NCBI GenBank assembly: GCA_039815185.1
Contig: JBCBZT010000017.1
Location: forward strand, 72,348 to 136,347
Source of the DNA: Cyanobacteria bacterium P01_A01_bin.123
Lineage (GTDB): Bacteria; Cyanobacteriota; Cyanobacteriia; Phormidesmidales; Phormidesmidaceae
Direction of reading: 5' to 3'
DNA: 64,000 nt
How positions within the stretch are numbered: the first letter of the stretch is position 1; each line of letters starts with the position of its first letter. Below the pieces are notes generated by a model, which was given only the letters and a program-made list of their open reading frames with translations, was not told where the DNA came from and made no database searches. Shown piece after piece: positions 61,321 through 64,000 of the stretch. A program made the position numbers and the translations under genes.

Positions 61321-61713
61321 TCAATACCAATCCACAAGCTTCAGGCGTGGAACTCTCGAAAACTCTTTTACATTATGAGTCACTAAAGTTGACTCCAAAG
61401 CTACAGCTGTTCCTGCTATCAAAACATCGAGTGCACCAATGGGAGTTCCTTGTCTCTCTAGATGGGCACGAATTGTTGCCGCTGCGATCGCACCCTGGCG
61501 ATCAAAAGAAACCAAATTAATGTAGCTGCAAAGCTGCTGTAATTGCTCTGTCCGTTTTTCAGGAGAGTTCGACTTGGCAATGCCGACTTGAATCTCAAAC
61601 AACACAATGGTGGGAATACGAATTTCCTTAGCAGGAATTTGAGCGAGATTCTGGGCCACTTCTCCCTGACCTTTGAAGTAATAAATCAGGGTATTGGTGT
61701 CCAAGATGTACAT
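61321..61713 (-). CDS. vapC: VapC PIN-domain toxin
   Basis: YILDTN, FEI, PIGALDVLIAG and LVTHNVKEFSRV motifs. Confidence 0.9.
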   Translation of the reverse strand: MYILDTNTLIYYFKGQGEVAQNLAQIPAKEIRIPTIVLFEIQVGIAKSNSPEKRTEQLQQLCSYINLVSFDRQGAIAAATIRAHLERQGTPIGALDVLIAGTAVALESTLVTHNVKEFSRVPRLKLVDWY

Positions 61714-61962
61714 CTAGAACCTCTCCCGAGGGATATCTTGCCCTGCGTTAGCTCGGATCTCCTCAAGGGAAGGAAAGTCACTCCCCCAGGATCCGGCTAG
61801 TGACTGGACAAGTTCTGGCCATGTTTGGGCGGTATTTGCGTTGGCAGTTTGAGATGCACTCTGATGCTTAGCTAGCAAAAATTCAGCAAAGGTCAGCACT
61901 TCGCTTGCTTGTGCTTGGGGCAAGGATTTTACCAATTCGTATATCTGGTCTGCGGTTGACAT
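61714..61962 (-). CDS. DUF2281-like antitoxin
   Basis: IYELVKSLP..EVLTFAEFL. Its stop codon abuts the vapC ATG. Confidence 0.75.
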   Translation of the reverse strand: MSTADQIYELVKSLPQAQASEVLTFAEFLLAKHQSASQTANANTAQTWPELVQSLAGSWGSDFPSLEEIRANAGQDIPRERF

Positions 61963-62337
61963 CGATTTCTCCTTGGCTGGCCATATGTATCTGTGTAGCT
62001 CTATTTTGCATATTTGTTGATAGGAGCCTGAGAAGCCTGACTGTGAGGGAAATGATGGTAGAGGTTATTATATCCCGAAGACATTCTGTATTGGAATTTT
62101 GGAGCAACTGAAGACTTTATGCAGCTATACTTAGGTGAAAGTTAATGTTCGATTTGACAAGTAGATGACTAAAATCCATCAATTTTTAGTCAATTGTTTT
62201 AGCTATTCAGGATTGAAGCTATTTTAAACTATGGTTATCTGTTTGTTATCATATAACTCTTTTGTCTAAATCATGAAGAAGATTTTCCTGTAACATTATC
62301 CCACTTTCCTAGCTCTATTTGGGAGAAATAACTAACC

Positions 62338-63891
62338 ATGAGTGATGGTAATACTGGACTTGTTCTAAAGTTCGACCCAAATACGGTACAACATCTGGGT
62401 ATATCCTTATACTCAAAACTTCCTAGCGTTTTATCAGAACTAATATCTAACTCTTGGGATGCTGATGCTGATAATGTGAAAATAGAATTTCATGATGCTG
62501 CTGAAGGGAAGTATATAGAGTATAGTGATGACGGAATAGGAATGAGCTTTGAGGAATTAAATGAAAAATATCTACTGATTGGAAGGAACAGAAGAATTTC
62601 TGAAGCTGATTTAACGCCCAAAGGTCGAAGAGTTATTGGGAAAAAAGGATTGGGTAAATTGTCAATATTTGGAATTTGTAATGAAGTAGTCATACGAACG
62701 GTAAAGAATGGAAGACTCAATGAGTTTGTCATGAACTTGGATGCAATTAAAAATTCTTCGGATTCACTTTATTATCCTGAAGTCATTCAATTCAACGTAG
62801 ATACGGATGAGGATTCTGGAACATATCTAAAACTAAGTGGGCTTAGACGAAAGTCTCCTTTCGATTGTGTATCAATAGCACAGAGCCTCTCTAAAAAGTT
62901 CTTGATATTTGATAGGTTAAATACAATTCTTATACACAACGATGCTAATCCTATAAATGTCACAAATGAATTAAAATTTCAAGGCTTCAACGAAGAATTT
63001 AGATGGGATTTTCCCTTGGATTTCAGCGATATCAACTACTCAAAATCAGCGAGGATAACTGGTAGTGTTATAACGCTTAAAACTCCTATTAAAGATACAG
63101 AGATGAAGGGGATTTATTTGACTTCACGCGGAAAACTTGTAAATAAGGCTGAATTTTACGGCTTGAGAGATACTGACCAATTTCATACATATGTAACTGG
63201 CTATTTGGAAGTCGACTTTATTGATGAGATAGAAGAAGATGTAATATCAACAGATAGACAATCTTTAAATTGGGAAAATGACGAGACGAAGGATTTATAC
63301 ACGTACCTACAGGCTATTATAAAAAAGATTGCAGCTGAGTGGAAAAGGAAGAGAGCTGCTCGGAAGAAAGAAGATATCAAAACTACTAAAAAACTTGATA
63401 TAGAAAGCTGGCAAAATAAACTACCATCATACGAAAAGGAGTTAAGCGAAAAAATCATTGGCTCTATACTAGAAAATAATACTATTGACGTTCATGATTC
63501 GAGCGAAATTATAGGAGGGGTTATAGACAAGTTTGAAAATAAGACTTTCAAACAATATGCATCTAATATAGCCGATCTTAATAAGCCAGAAGAGATTCCA
63601 ACACTTCTTAAGTTAATGGAAGATTGGAAAATGGTTGAATCACGCCAGTACTGTGATCTGGCTATTGCCCGTATAGAAGTTATCAATAAGTTTGAGGAGT
63701 ATATTGAGTCTGACACAAGAGAAGTACCTACTTTACATAACTTTCTTAAACAGTTCTCATGGCTTTTGGATCCAAGAATACTAGAATTCAGAGATGAAAT
63801 AACTTATTCAAAATTATTAAAGGAAACATATCCTGAAGATGAGTTGGATGAGAGAGATCGTAGAATAGATTTCTTATGTAGGGTTTGCTGA
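62338..63891 (+). pseudogene. GHKL/MORC-like ATPase, probably interrupted by an IS at about 63880
   Basis: ELISNSWDA, DDGIG and GKKGLGK motifs, S5-like domain and coiled coil. Ends RIDFLC-RVC*, where the last codons come from AGGGTTTGCTGA. AT-rich. Confidence 0.65.
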
Positions 63892-64000
63892 AAAAAGCTG
63901 TAACAGTTTCAGCACAAAGCTTTAGGGAATCAAAAGCGAGATTCAAGTGCAAGGAAAAAGCCGATAATTGGTTCAATCCCTTGCACTTGTCTTGCCGATG
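63880..64000 (+). mobile_element. Probable left end of an IS5-family element (runs off window)
   Basis: AGGGTTTGCTGAAAAA resembles cyanobacterial IS5-type terminal repeats (from recall). Subterminal hairpin CAAGTGCAAGG/CCTTGCACTTG (63944-63989). ATG at 63998. Confidence 0.6.

Larger units (their letters stand above)
1..61500. repeat. HIP1 octamer (GCGATCGC) scattered at high density
   Basis: Many copies, e.g. 1508-1515 and 58320-58327. This is a cyanobacterial hallmark. None noticed in the AT-rich region after about 62000. Confidence 0.95.

Noticed and set aside
1..64000. Numerous short antisense or alternate-frame ORFs in the ORF track; tRNA/rRNA genes
   Set aside because: The short ORFs overlap well-supported genes and lack motifs. 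No tRNA or rRNA sequence was recognised by eye.

Overview
This is a cyanobacterial chromosomal window, judged from the abundant HIP1 octamer GCGATCGC, PatA-type regulators, cyanobacteriochrome GAFs and pentapeptide repeat proteins. 1-18 kb holds mixed housekeeping genes: a divergent squalene/phytoene synthase-like protein, DUF2141, homocysteine S-methyltransferase, NDH-2, an XPB-like helicase, aspartase, a SWIM protein, homoserine dehydrogenase, GGCT, a site-2 protease, an ABC1 kinase and a cation:proton antiporter-USP fusion. 18-61 kb is a motility/biofilm region. Two minus-strand PatA-CheY-CheW-MCP-CheA operons with photoreceptor-type GAFs bracket a cellulose synthase operon (porin, TPR, bcsB, bcsA, lipoprotein) and a sulfotransferase-CHR transporter pair. 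GH8 and GH5 glucanases follow. The window ends with a VapBC-type pair and an AT-rich GHKL ATPase gene apparently cut by an IS end. Best leads: (1) a riboswitch-like leader with mutually exclusive helices, one covering the antiporter translation initiation region; (2) a chemosensory operon with an orphan phosphate/phosphonate-type binding lipoprotein next to a Cache/HAMP/DXCIP-GAF receptor; (3) a cellulose system with a split BcsC-like exporter and a nearby sulfotransferase; (4) two small dispersed repeat families. All calls come from motif recognition by eye. No database searches were run.
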